The notes under the pieces: generated by a model | What the model saw: the letters and a program-made list of their open reading frames with translations, nothing else | Database searches by the model: none | What the model was told of the DNA's origin: nothing | Shown here: positions 13,304 through 24,544 of the stretch, piece after piece | Layout: the number at the start of each line of letters is the position of its first letter | How positions within the stretch are numbered: the stretch's first letter is position 1 | Origin: Octopus sinensis | Lineage: Eukaryota | DNA: 64,000 nt | Assembly (NCBI RefSeq): GCF_006345805.1 | Contig: NC_043008.1 | Coordinates: 28,954,001-29,018,000, forward strand | Reading direction: 5' to 3' | Program-made: the position numbers and the translations under genes

Positions 13304-14779
13304 GCATATATGCATATATATATACACGCACTCACAAACACATATCGCTCGCACCTTCCATCTCTACTATGTGATATATACATTTGAGCGCGTGTGTTGT
13401 GATTTTCAAATCTTTGAATGTGCGTGTGTTGATGTATGTATATGATTGGAAATAAGTAAGAGTATATGCACTAGGTTTGCACATAGAAGGCACAGGGTAA
13501 GCTGATGGTAATCGACTGCTCTGGACGTAGGCTGCATGTTGGGTTGAAATATGTTATGATTTTAAAATACACGACGAAATTTAGAAGTATTGCCAAGAAT
13601 AAAGCTTCTGAAAAAAAAATAATAGCATTACGTGAACCATGCAAATGTGCATGGTTCTTAAATATTCGTATATAATTATAAGAGAAATAATGGATCATGA
13701 CAAAACTTATCTTTGCATAGGAATAAATTATTACCTAAGCATATTTATTTCTACCAACTGAATCCTTATAACGTGGTCTTATGCGAGCATTAGCAAAACT
13801 GTTGGACAAATATATCTTATGATTTCAGACAATATCGAAATCTCCTTTATTGCTAATAAATGTGATATCAGATTAATTTGCACATTCTTTTCTGAACAAT
13901 AGAAGTCCATGATAGTTTGTTCCATATTATTCTATTTTCATATGACAAATTTTCATCAAAGTATTGTGAGTGATATATGGTAGATAGATTTCTTTGGGAC
14001 AGTGGTAAATAAGGCGTTTCTGTGTATAAGTGGTAGTAAATCAGTTACTCACTTTAAAATCGGCAATGGTATTTGATTTGCTGAAATGGATTCTAACCTA
14101 TTAAGATACATTGTGTTGTGACCTCGACTTTTGCTCAAAATAATCTCGCCTCCTGATACCATTCATGGTGTACACTGAATAGAATCAGGAGCACAGATTT
14201 TCCTATTCAAAGCAACCAAAATATATAACGTAAAATCATGATTCTCCACTTTGACTTAACCACGAGAGGCAATCTTGCATTCGTCACGGCAACACAAAAC
14301 AGTTAAATTCTCCGTGAATTCTCTTATGGAATAATTATTGATGACGAATAGTAGTCTTGTTACTTTAGTTATATTCGGCCGTGCACCAAATATCATTGAC
14401 CATATCTAGCCATAATATGAAATTATTGTGCATTAAAACAAAACAATATATATTTCAAACGTGCGGTATATGAATAAAAGATTTCATATATGTATGTGTG
14501 TGTGTACGTGAGCGACTATGCACGTGCGCAACAATTCGCATACGTGATGTACACATGCATGATTGGACGTTTGGGCAGAACTGACGGAGGCGATCAGATA
14601 AGTCAGAAAGTGAACAAATTAAATATAAAGTAGTATAGAGTGCCTAATCTTTGTATACAGTATTATAAATGTAGCTTCATTACCGCCAAATAATATTAGA
14701 TGATGCAAAAAGCAATTAGGATTCAATTCAGGTGAATACATATATATATATACATACAAATATATATATGTATATATAT

Positions 14780-14810
<31 letters not shown>

Positions 14811-15019
14811 TATATACCTATATATACATATATATATATAATTATATAAAAGGGCTTAGTAAAATAAATTACTTTGCCGCATACTGAACTCGTTAGAAAT
14901 AGCAGCTAAAAAAACTATTTCTAACACTTAAAGAAAACCTCTCTCATATAGTGTTTGCTCAATTCAACTCAAGAAAGTATGAGGGTAGAGACATTAAAAA
15001 ATCAAATGCAAAGGTTATT

Positions 15020-16717
15020 TGAGTACGTACGTTTCAAGATTAGCCAAAATCGACCCTTCTCTCATCAGCTCAGAATGCCCTTGTTTGAATTTGAAAACAC
15101 TGAAAATGGGAGCATACCCTTTCGGCTTGTTATCGCTTCTGAAGATCTGTTCCAAACTAACAGTGCCAACAAAATCAAATATGCAAGAGAAAAATTTCTG
15201 CTCTCCCCTTTCCACCAGCGTGGGTTAAAATCAGCAAACACTATGCTTTTTTCGGTAAAATCCGAGACAATTAAGTAGAGAGAGATGAATTATAATTTCA
15301 ACAATTGAGGGTAAAATTAATTAATTAATTAATCAATTTCACCAAGTATTCAGTATGCAAAGGGACCATTTAAGGCAAATTCAAATTATTACATTATATA
15401 AAAGGGCTTAGTAAAATAAATTACTTTGCCGTATACTGAACTCGTTAGAAATAGCAGCTAAAAAAACTATTTCTAACACTTAAAGAAAACCTCTCTATAT
15501 AGTGTTTGCTCAATTCAACTCAAGAAAGTATGAGGGTAGAGACATTAAAAAATCAAATGCCAAGGTTATTTGAGTACGTACGTTTCAAGATTAGCCAAAA
15601 TCGACCCTTCTCTCATCAGCTCAGAATGCCCTTGTTTGAATTTGAAAACACTGAAAATGGGAGCATAACCCTTTCGGCTTGTTATCGCTTCTGAAGATCT
15701 GTTCCAAACTAACAGTGCCAACAAACTCAAATATGCAAGAGAAAAATTTCTGCTCTCCCCTTCCACCAGCGTGGGTTAAAATCAGCAAACACTATGCTTT
15801 TTTCGGTAAAATCCGAGACAATTAAGTAGAGAGAGATGAATTATAATTTCAACACAATTGAGGGTAAAATTAATTAATTAATTAATCAATTTCACCAAGT
15901 ATTCAGTATGCAAAGGGACCATTTAGGCAAATTCAAATTATTACATTATATAAAAGGGCTTAGTAAAATAAATTACTTTCCGCATACTGAACTCGTTAGA
16001 AATAGCAGCTAAAAAAACTATTTCTAACACTAAAGAAAACCTCTCTCATATAGTGTTTGCTCAATTCAACTCAAGAAAGTATGAGGGTATAGACATTAAA
16101 AAATCAAATGCAAAGGTTATTGAGTACGTACGTTTCAAGATTAGCCAAAATCGACCCTTCTCTCATCAGCTCAGAATGCCCTTGTTTGAATTTGAAAACA
16201 CTGAAAATGGGAGCATACCCTTCGGCTTGTTATCGCTTCTGAAGATCTGTTCCAAACTAACAGTGCCAACAAACTCAAATATGCAAGACAAAAATTCTGC
16301 TCTCCCCTTTCCACCAGCGTGGGTTAAAATCAGCAAACACTATGCTTTTTTCGGTAAAATCCGAGACAATTAAGTAGAGAGAGATGAATTATAATTTCAA
16401 CAATTGAGGGTAAAATTAATTATTAATTAATCAATTCACCAAGTATCAGTATGCAAAGGGACCATTTAAGGCAAATTCAAATTATTACATTATATAAAAG
16501 GGCTTAGTAAAATAAATTACTTTGCCGCATACTGAACTCGTTAGAAATAGCAGCTAAAAAAAACTTTCTAACACTTAAAGAAAACTCTCTCATATAGTGT
16601 TTGCTCAATTCAACTCAAGAAAGTATGAGTGTAGAGACATTAAAAAATCAATGCAAAGGTTATTTGAGTACGTACGTTTCAAGATTAGCCAAAATCGACC
16701 CTTCTCTCATCAGCTCA
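15020..16717 (-). ncRNA. Four minimal type I hammerheads at 15020-15072, 15571-15623, 16121-16173 and 16665-16717
   Basis: Reverse complement TGAG-CTGATGA-GAGA(AGGGTCGATTTTGGCTAA)TCTT-GAAAC-GTAC-GTA|CTCA; stem I TGAG/CTCA, palindromic stem III ACGTACGT. Confidence 0.9.
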
Positions 16718-17633
16718 GAATGCCCTTGTTTGAATTTGAAAACAAAACTGAAAATGGGAGCATACCCTTTCGGCTTGTTATCGCTTCTGAAGATCTGTTC
16801 CAAACTAACAGTGCCAACAACTCAAATATGCAAGAGAAAAATTTCTGCTCTCCCCTTTCCACCAGCGTGGGTTAAAATCAGCAAACACTATGCTTTTTTC
16901 GGTAAAATCCGAGACAATTAAGTAGAGAGAGATGAATTATAATTTCAACAATTGAGGGTAAAATTAATTAATTAATTAATCAATTCACCAAGTATTCAGT
17001 ATGCAAAGGGACCATTTAAGGCAAACAAATTCAAATTATTACATTATATAAAAGGGCTTAGTAAAATAAATTACTTTGCCGCATACTGAACTCGTTAGAA
17101 ATAGCAGCTAAAAAAACTATTTCTAACACTTAAAGAAAACCTCTCTCATATAGTGTTTGCTCAATTCAATTTGATTGAGAGGTTTTCTTTAAGTGTTAGA
17201 AATTTGAATTGAGAGGTTTTCTTTAAGTGTTAGAAATAGTTTTTTTAGCTGCTATTTCTAACGAGTTCAGTATGCAGCAAAGTAATTTATTTTACTAAGC
17301 CCTTTTATATAATGTAATAATTTGAATTTGCCTTAAATGGTCCCTTTGCATACTGAATACTTGGTGAAATTGATTAATTAATTAATTAATTTTACCCTCA
17401 ATTGTTGAAATTATAATTCATCTCTCTCTACTTAATTGTCTCGGATTTTACCGAAAAAAGCATAGTGTTTGCTGATTTTAAAACCACGCTGGTGGAAAGG
17501 GGAGAGCAGAAATTTTTGTCTTGCATATTTGAGTTTGTTGGCACTGTTAGTTTGGAACAGATCTTCAGAAGCGATAACAAGCCGAAAGGGTATGCTCCCA
17601 TTTTCAGTGTTTTCAAATTCAAACAAGGCATTC

Positions 17634-20436
17634 TGAGCTGATGAGAGAAGGGTCGATTTTGGCTAATCTTGAAACGTACGTACTCAAATAACCTTTGCAT
17701 TTGATTTTTTAATGTCTCTACCCTCATACTTTCTTGAGTTGAATTGAGCAAACACTATATGAGAGAGGTTTTCTTTAAGTGTTAGAAATAGTTTTTTTAG
17801 AGCTGCTATTTCTAACGAGTTCAGTATGCGGCAAAGTAATTTATTTTACTAAGCCCTTTTATATAATGTATAATTTGAATTTGCCTTAAATGGTCCTTTG
17901 CATACTGAATACTTGGTGAAATTGATTAATTAATTAATTAATTTTACCCTCAATTGTTGAAATTATAATTCATCTCTCTCTACTTAATTGTCTCGGATTT
18001 TACCGAAAAAAGCATAGTGTTTGCTGATTTTAACCCACGCTGGTGGAAAGGGGAGAGCAGAAATTTTTCTCTTGCATATTTGAGTTTGTTGGCACTGTTA
18101 GTTTGGAACAGATCTTCAGAAGCGATAACAAGCCGAAAGGGTATGCTCCCATTTTCAGTGTTTTCAAATTCAAACAAGGGCATTCTGAGCTGATGAGAGA
18201 AGGGTCGATTTTGGCTAATCTTGAAACGTACGTACTCAAATAACCTTTGCATTTGATTTTTTAATGTCTCTACCCTCATACTTTCTTGAGTTGAATTGAG
18301 CAAACACTATATGAGAGAGGTTTTCTTTAAGTGTTAGAAATAGTTTTTTTAGCTGCTATTTCTAACGAGTTCAGTATGCGGCAAAGTAATTTATTTTACT
18401 AAGCCCTTTTATATAATGTAATAATTTGAATTTGCCTTAAATGGTCCCTTTGCATACTGAATACTTGTGAAATGATTAATTAATTAATTAATTTTACCCT
18501 CAATTGTTGAAAATTATATTCATCTCTCTCTCTTACTTATTGTCTCGGATTTTACCGAAAAAAGCATAGTGTTTGCTGATTTTAACCCACGCTGGTGGAA
18601 AGGGGAGAGCAGAAATTTTTCTCTTGCATATTTGAGTTTGTGTTGGCAATGTTAGTTTGGAACAGATCTTCAGAAGCGATAACAAGCCGAAAGGGTATGC
18701 TCCCATTTTCAGTGTTTTCAAATTCAAACAAGGGCATTCTGAGCTGATGAGAGAAGGGTCGATTTTGGCTAATCTTGAAACGTACGTACTCAAATAACTT
18801 TGCATTTGATTTTTTATGTCTCTACCCTCATACTTTCTTGAGTTGAATTGAGCAAACACTATATGAGAGAGGTTTTCTTTAAGTGTTAGAAATTAGTTTT
18901 TAGCTGCTATTTCTAACGAGTTCAGTATGCGGCAAAGTAATTTATTTTACTAAGCCCTTTTATATATGTAATAATTTGAATTTGCCTTAAATGGTCCCTT
19001 TGCATACTGAATACTTGGTGAAATTGATTAATTAATTAATTATTTTACCCTCAATTGTTGAAATTATAATTCATCTCTCTCTACTTAATTGTCTCGGATT
19101 TTACCGAAAAAAGCATAGTGTTTGCTGATTTTAACCCACCTGGTGGAAAGGGGAGAGCAGAAATTTTTCTCTTGCATATTTGAGTTTGTTGGCACTGTTA
19201 GTTTGGAACAGATCTTCAGAAGCGATAACAAGCCGAAAGGGTATGCTCCCATTTTCAGTGTTTTCAAATTCAAACAAGGGCATTCTGAGCTGATGAGAGA
19301 AGGGTCGATTTTGGCTAATCTTGAAACGTACGTACTCAAATAACCTTTGCATTTGATTTTTTAATGTCTCTACCCTCATACTTTCTTGAGTTGAATTGAG
19401 CAAACACTATATGAGAGAGGTTTTCTTTAAGTGTTAGAAATAGTTTTTTTAGCTGCTATTTCTAACGAGTTCAGTATGCGGCAAAGTAATTTATTTTACT
19501 AAGCCCTTTTATATAATGTAATAATTTGAATTTGCCTTAAATGGTCCCTTTGCATACTGAATACTTGGTAAATTGATTAATTAATTAATTAATTTTACCC
19601 TCAATTGTTGAAATTATAATTCATCTCTTCTACTTAATTGTCTCGGATTTTACCGAAAAAAGCATAGTGTTTGCTGATTTTAACCCACGCTGGTGGAAGG
19701 GGAGAGCAGAAATTTTTGTCTTGCATATTTGAGTTTGTTGGCACTGTTAGTTTGGAACAGATCTTCAGAAGCGATAACAAGCCGAAAGGGTATGCTCCCA
19801 TTTTCAGTGTTTTCAAATTCAAACAAGGCATTCTGAGCTGATGAGAGAAGGGTCGATTTTGGCTAATCTTGAAACGTAACGTACTCAAATAACCTTTGCA
19901 TTTGATTTTTTAATGTCTCTACCCTCATACTTTCTTGAGTTGAATTGAGCAAACACTATATGAGAGAGGTTTTCTTTAATGTTAGAAATAGTTTTTTTAG
20001 CTGCTATTTCTAACGAGTTCAGTATGCGCGCAAAGTAATTTATTTTACTAAGCCCTTATATAATGTAATAATTTGAATTTGCCTTAAATGGTCCCTTTGC
20101 ATACTGAATACTTGGTGAAATTGATTAATTAATTAATTAATTTTACCCTCAATTGTTGAAATTATAATTCATCTCTCTCTACTTAATTGTCTCGGATTTT
20201 ACCGAAAAAAGCATAGTGTTTGCTGATTTTAACCCACGCTGGTGGAAAGGGGAGAGCAGAAATTTTTCTCTTGCATATTTGAGTTTGTTGGCACTGTTAG
20301 TTTGGAACAGATCTTCAGAAGCGATAACAAGCCGAAAGGGTATGCTCCCATTTTCAGTGTTTTCAAATTCAAACAAGGCATTCTGAGCTGATGAGAGAAG
20401 GGTCGATTTTGGCTAATCTTGAAACGTACGTACTCA
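17634..20436 (+). ncRNA. Six minimal type I hammerheads at 17634-17686, 18186-18238, 18740-18792, 19286-19338, 19834-19887 and 20384-20436
   Basis: Same motif on the plus strand; the 19834 copy has one extra A in stem III. Confidence 0.9.
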
Positions 20437-20711
20437 AATAACCTTTGCATTTGATTTTTTAATGTCTCACCCTCATACTTTCTTGAGTTGAATTGAGCAA
20501 ACACTATAGAGAGAGGTTTTCTTTAAGTGTTAGAAATAGTTTTTTTAGCTGCTATTTCTAACGAGTTCAGTATGCGGCAAAGTAATTTATTTTACTAAGT
20601 CCTTTTATATAATGTAATAATTTGAATTTGCCTTAAATGGTCCCTTTGCATACTGAATACTTGGTGAAATTGATTAATTAATTAATTAATTTTACCCTCA
20701 ATTGTTGAAAT

Positions 20712-20774
<63 letters not shown>

Positions 20775-20862
20775 GGGGAGAGAAAGTATTTACATATATG
20801 CATATACAAACACACATATGTATGTGCCTGTATACATATTATGTATGTGCAGGTAGATATAG

Positions 20863-20978
<116 letters not shown>

Positions 20979-21206
20979 TGCTAGAGAGATAGATGCATGA
21001 CTATATACACGTATATGCACACAAACATACACATATATACATGGTTATCCGAAGTGATTTTATATTTCAGAAAAAATAGCACACCATACATTAAATATGT
21101 TACACAATCTACAATATTTAAAGCCTGTTATATATTTAGCTCCATGCTTGATTCAATATTGTATTCTGTAAAACTCAATGTTAATTAGAGTATCTTTTGA
21201 CTTGAC

Positions 21207-22418
21207 CTGTTGTGTATGTAGAACAGGGACGAATTAGTGTGAAAATTTGAGTGCAAACATCAGGAGAACAACTAAGAGTGATTGCTTGCACCATAAAACT
21301 ACGAAGTTTGGTCTCCATCCAAAGCTGATGTTGATCACGAAATATATTTGCATCATTTGGAGGCATTCCTGAAATTTAAATGGAAGGTTCTCTCCCTGTG
21401 TCTTTATGACAGGAAATACATGTTTAATTATTGGTGGAGATTAATTTAACAGTAAAAGGCGTTGTTTCATTATGCCATCCCAATATTACATACTCTGAAT
21501 CACATTCTTTTCTCCATCTGATTTCTACGTATTCCTTTATAACATTATTCCCTTTTACAACTGTTTCCCTCCCTTCACTTCTCTACAAACCTTCTTATCA
21601 CTATCACATTCTGCCTCATTTATACTCTCTATTTCGGCCTCATACATTTCTTTTCTCTCCTCATCCTATACCACTTACTTGCACTCTAATGCAGGCACGT
21701 ATACATTCATGTTATCCTAGATAATAGAGAGCCTATTACTTAAAAGTTAAACTAAGCGATATATCACGAGAAGAAAGAGACCCAGTATTCCATGTTATCT
21801 TTTTGTAGCTCTTGTTATTATTGCAACCAAAGAGTCTATGACTGATTATTTTTTTTGAAGACTTCAGTGCAAAAAAAAAAATCAACTTGTTTAACAATTA
21901 TTTAATTATTCTTTATTTTAAAGGAGGCTTAAATATTTAGTATTTGGCCGCCTATGCGGAACAATTTCGTAATACTGAATAAATAATTATATATATATAT
22001 ATAAGTTTCCCAATGGCGGATAAATGCGTGTCGTCAAATTACGAACTTTCAAAATTGGATCATTACCAGACGAGATGATTTTTGTGTGATAACTTACTGC
22101 AAAGATTGCAGAAGAGGTTAAGTGAATGGCAATGAGGGATATATCAATCTCTAACCTGAAAACATGGGAATTTAGCAAGACATTTGCTGGCTCTTAACGA
22201 TTCACTATATAGATATCATTAATGTTTATTCTGAAATTTTATAGAAAAAAGAAAACATGAATCATGAGGAATTTCCGGCGGCTACAGATCGCTGAAACAT
22301 CGATCACGAAAAGTGTTTATTTTTACCACAGGTGTAACATTCAAAGAAACGCATAAGCACATATATATGCGTGAATAGCACAGATACACACATACATATA
22401 TATGTGCGCGTGTGCGTG

Positions 22419-22450
<32 letters not shown>

Positions 22451-22457
22451 ATATTAT

Positions 22458-22521
<64 letters not shown>

Positions 22522-23185
22522 GTAGACACGTATTTTTATGTATATATCCATATATACTTATACATATATATATATATGTATGTATGTATGTATGTTGTGT
22601 TTGTATATATATATACGTAAATGTGTGTTTGTGTGTATGTGTGTTTGAGTTTGTATGTATGTTTGATAGTGTGTTTGTGTGTAAGAGATTTTGTGTGTAA
22701 ATACATGCACAAATGCAGTTATGTATATGTATGAACTCTCACACAGATGTATGTGTAGTAATTCTTAGCAGAATGTATTTACTCTAGATTCATATTAATA
22801 TTACCAAGTATGTGAATAAATATGCGATTTTTATGCGGTACATTTCAGCTTGTATAACCCAATTTTAACCGCACGAATAAGAATATGTACCACATTTTGT
22901 TCACTTTTGATTCTGTCTTCGTAGTCATTTATTTCACACATAGAATATATTCAAAATTTATTATTTTTCTTTCCGACAAAGCTTTGCGTGAAATTTTACA
23001 AATTTACATATTCAATAGGAAAACATATTAATCCAATTTTGTGGAAATTATTTCCTAATGTTAGCCTAATTAGTATGCTTAATCTGCTTTCATTCCACTC
23101 GTTCTCTCTCTCTTTCCCTCTTTCGTTTTCTCTCTGTTCATGCGTAGATATATGTGCACACATCTGTATAAATACATATACACAT

Positions 23186-23238
<53 letters not shown>

Positions 23239-23367
23239 TTATAAATGGATACATATACAAATATATAGATATTATAAACATGTATGTTTACATATATACA
23301 TATATAGAAACATACATATATGAGTGTTGTGTAGGCAGATAGATTCACTGATAGATAGCTATAATGT

Positions 23368-23413
<46 letters not shown>

Positions 23414-23432
23414 TAGATAGATAGATAGATAT

Positions 23433-23465
<33 letters not shown>

Positions 23466-23735
23466 AAGTGAAGCAAACACATAATTTACGCGCATCTCTT
23501 ATATCTAAGCTATAGATTTTAATCTGTGCCTATTGTCGTTGAACGCCATGTCATCATTTAAACACGGATTTATTTTTTCCAAATAGTATTCATTAGTGGA
23601 ACAGTGAAAATGTCTAAAACGTTGTAAAAGATATGCATCTGCCGTTCATGTGTAGAGAACACATACCCTATACTGTGCATGCCTGATGAATGCAGATGCA
23701 CCCAACTACCGCGGCAGTAACGAAACGTATTTTTC
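21207..23735 (-). other. Possible host-gene exons at 23667-23735, 22098-22155 and about 21207-21368 (unidentified product)
   Basis: AG/GT boundaries (GCAACAG|...|GTATGT; TTTTCAG|...|GTAAGT; ATTTCAG|). The first two join in phase: KNTFRYCRGSWVHLHSSGMHSIG-LEIDISLIAIHLTSSAIFA. The frame of the third is ambiguous and no homology is recognised. Confidence 0.3.
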
Positions 23736-24370
23736 CTGTTGCAGCAAGCAAACTCGTGTGTCCAAGCTTATTCACAATCTCGCATATCCTCATAGCACGT
23801 ACACATGTATGCATGTATAAAGAAAGTCAGGCGACTTCAATCACCATCAGTAACCTTCCTCTAAAAAAAAGAGAGAGTTGCCATATAGCTAGGAAATGGT
23901 TGAAATTTTGAAGAGGAAAAATTACCTTGTATAATCCAAAGAAGCATGCATGCATAGTTACATAACTACATACACACATACAAGCGTGCATGCATATATA
24001 TATATATATATATATAATATATATATATATATATACATGAATTCATGCATACATGCATATCTATATACATACACACACACATATAGGTGTGTGAGTGTTA
24101 GCGTGTACATAAGAGTTAATTGAGATTCAGTCGCACTAGGTACTTAAATTGAAACCACAAGTCAGTCTGATATTATCCGCACAACTCTGTCACTTATTTT
24201 TATTTTATACTTATACATGTATATCAAGATTAATCATGTGAAATTGCGAGGATGATCTGGTTCTTGACTGAAGATTAAAGGCTTCGAATGACCCGGTCGT
24301 GTTTTCTGTATCGTCTTCTGGATGTTTTGCGTTCTTGTCCCGTTTTGTATTGTTTTATATATATTTATAT

Positions 24371-24404
<34 letters not shown>

Positions 24405-24450
24405 GATAGACGCACACACACGCACGCACGTACGCACACACGCACACACA

Positions 24451-24536
<86 letters not shown>

Positions 24537-24544
24537 CATATGCA

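Larger units (their letters stand above)
14841..20714. mobile_element. Retrozyme-like tandem array of about 550-bp monomers, each full monomer with a hammerhead; left arm 14841-17169 (about 4.2 units, ribozyme on minus), right arm 17204-20714 (about 6.4 units, ribozyme on plus)
   Basis: Unit starts at 14841, 15393, 15945, 16489, 17043; hammerheads recur at about 550-bp spacing; orientation flips at about 17170; (TA)n at both ends. Confidence 0.9.

Noticed and set aside
14053-14405. Exon-like stretch on minus with GTGAGT donor
   Set aside because: Stops in all three frames between the candidate splice sites.
15140-15175. CTGAAGA followed by hairpin CTGTT-CCAAACT-AACAG on the strand opposite the array hammerhead; possible second-polarity ribozyme (viroid-like)
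   Set aside because: No GAAA after the stem and no NUH plus stem I; not a hammerhead.
14841-20714. CRISPR array or centromeric satellite interpretation
   Set aside because: Units are full-length identical repeats without unique spacers. Short copy number, inversion and a per-unit ribozyme fit a retrozyme better.
23680-23735. CTGATGA...GAAACGTA motif
   Set aside because: No convincing stem II closing pairs and no stem I partner after the triplet; chance match.
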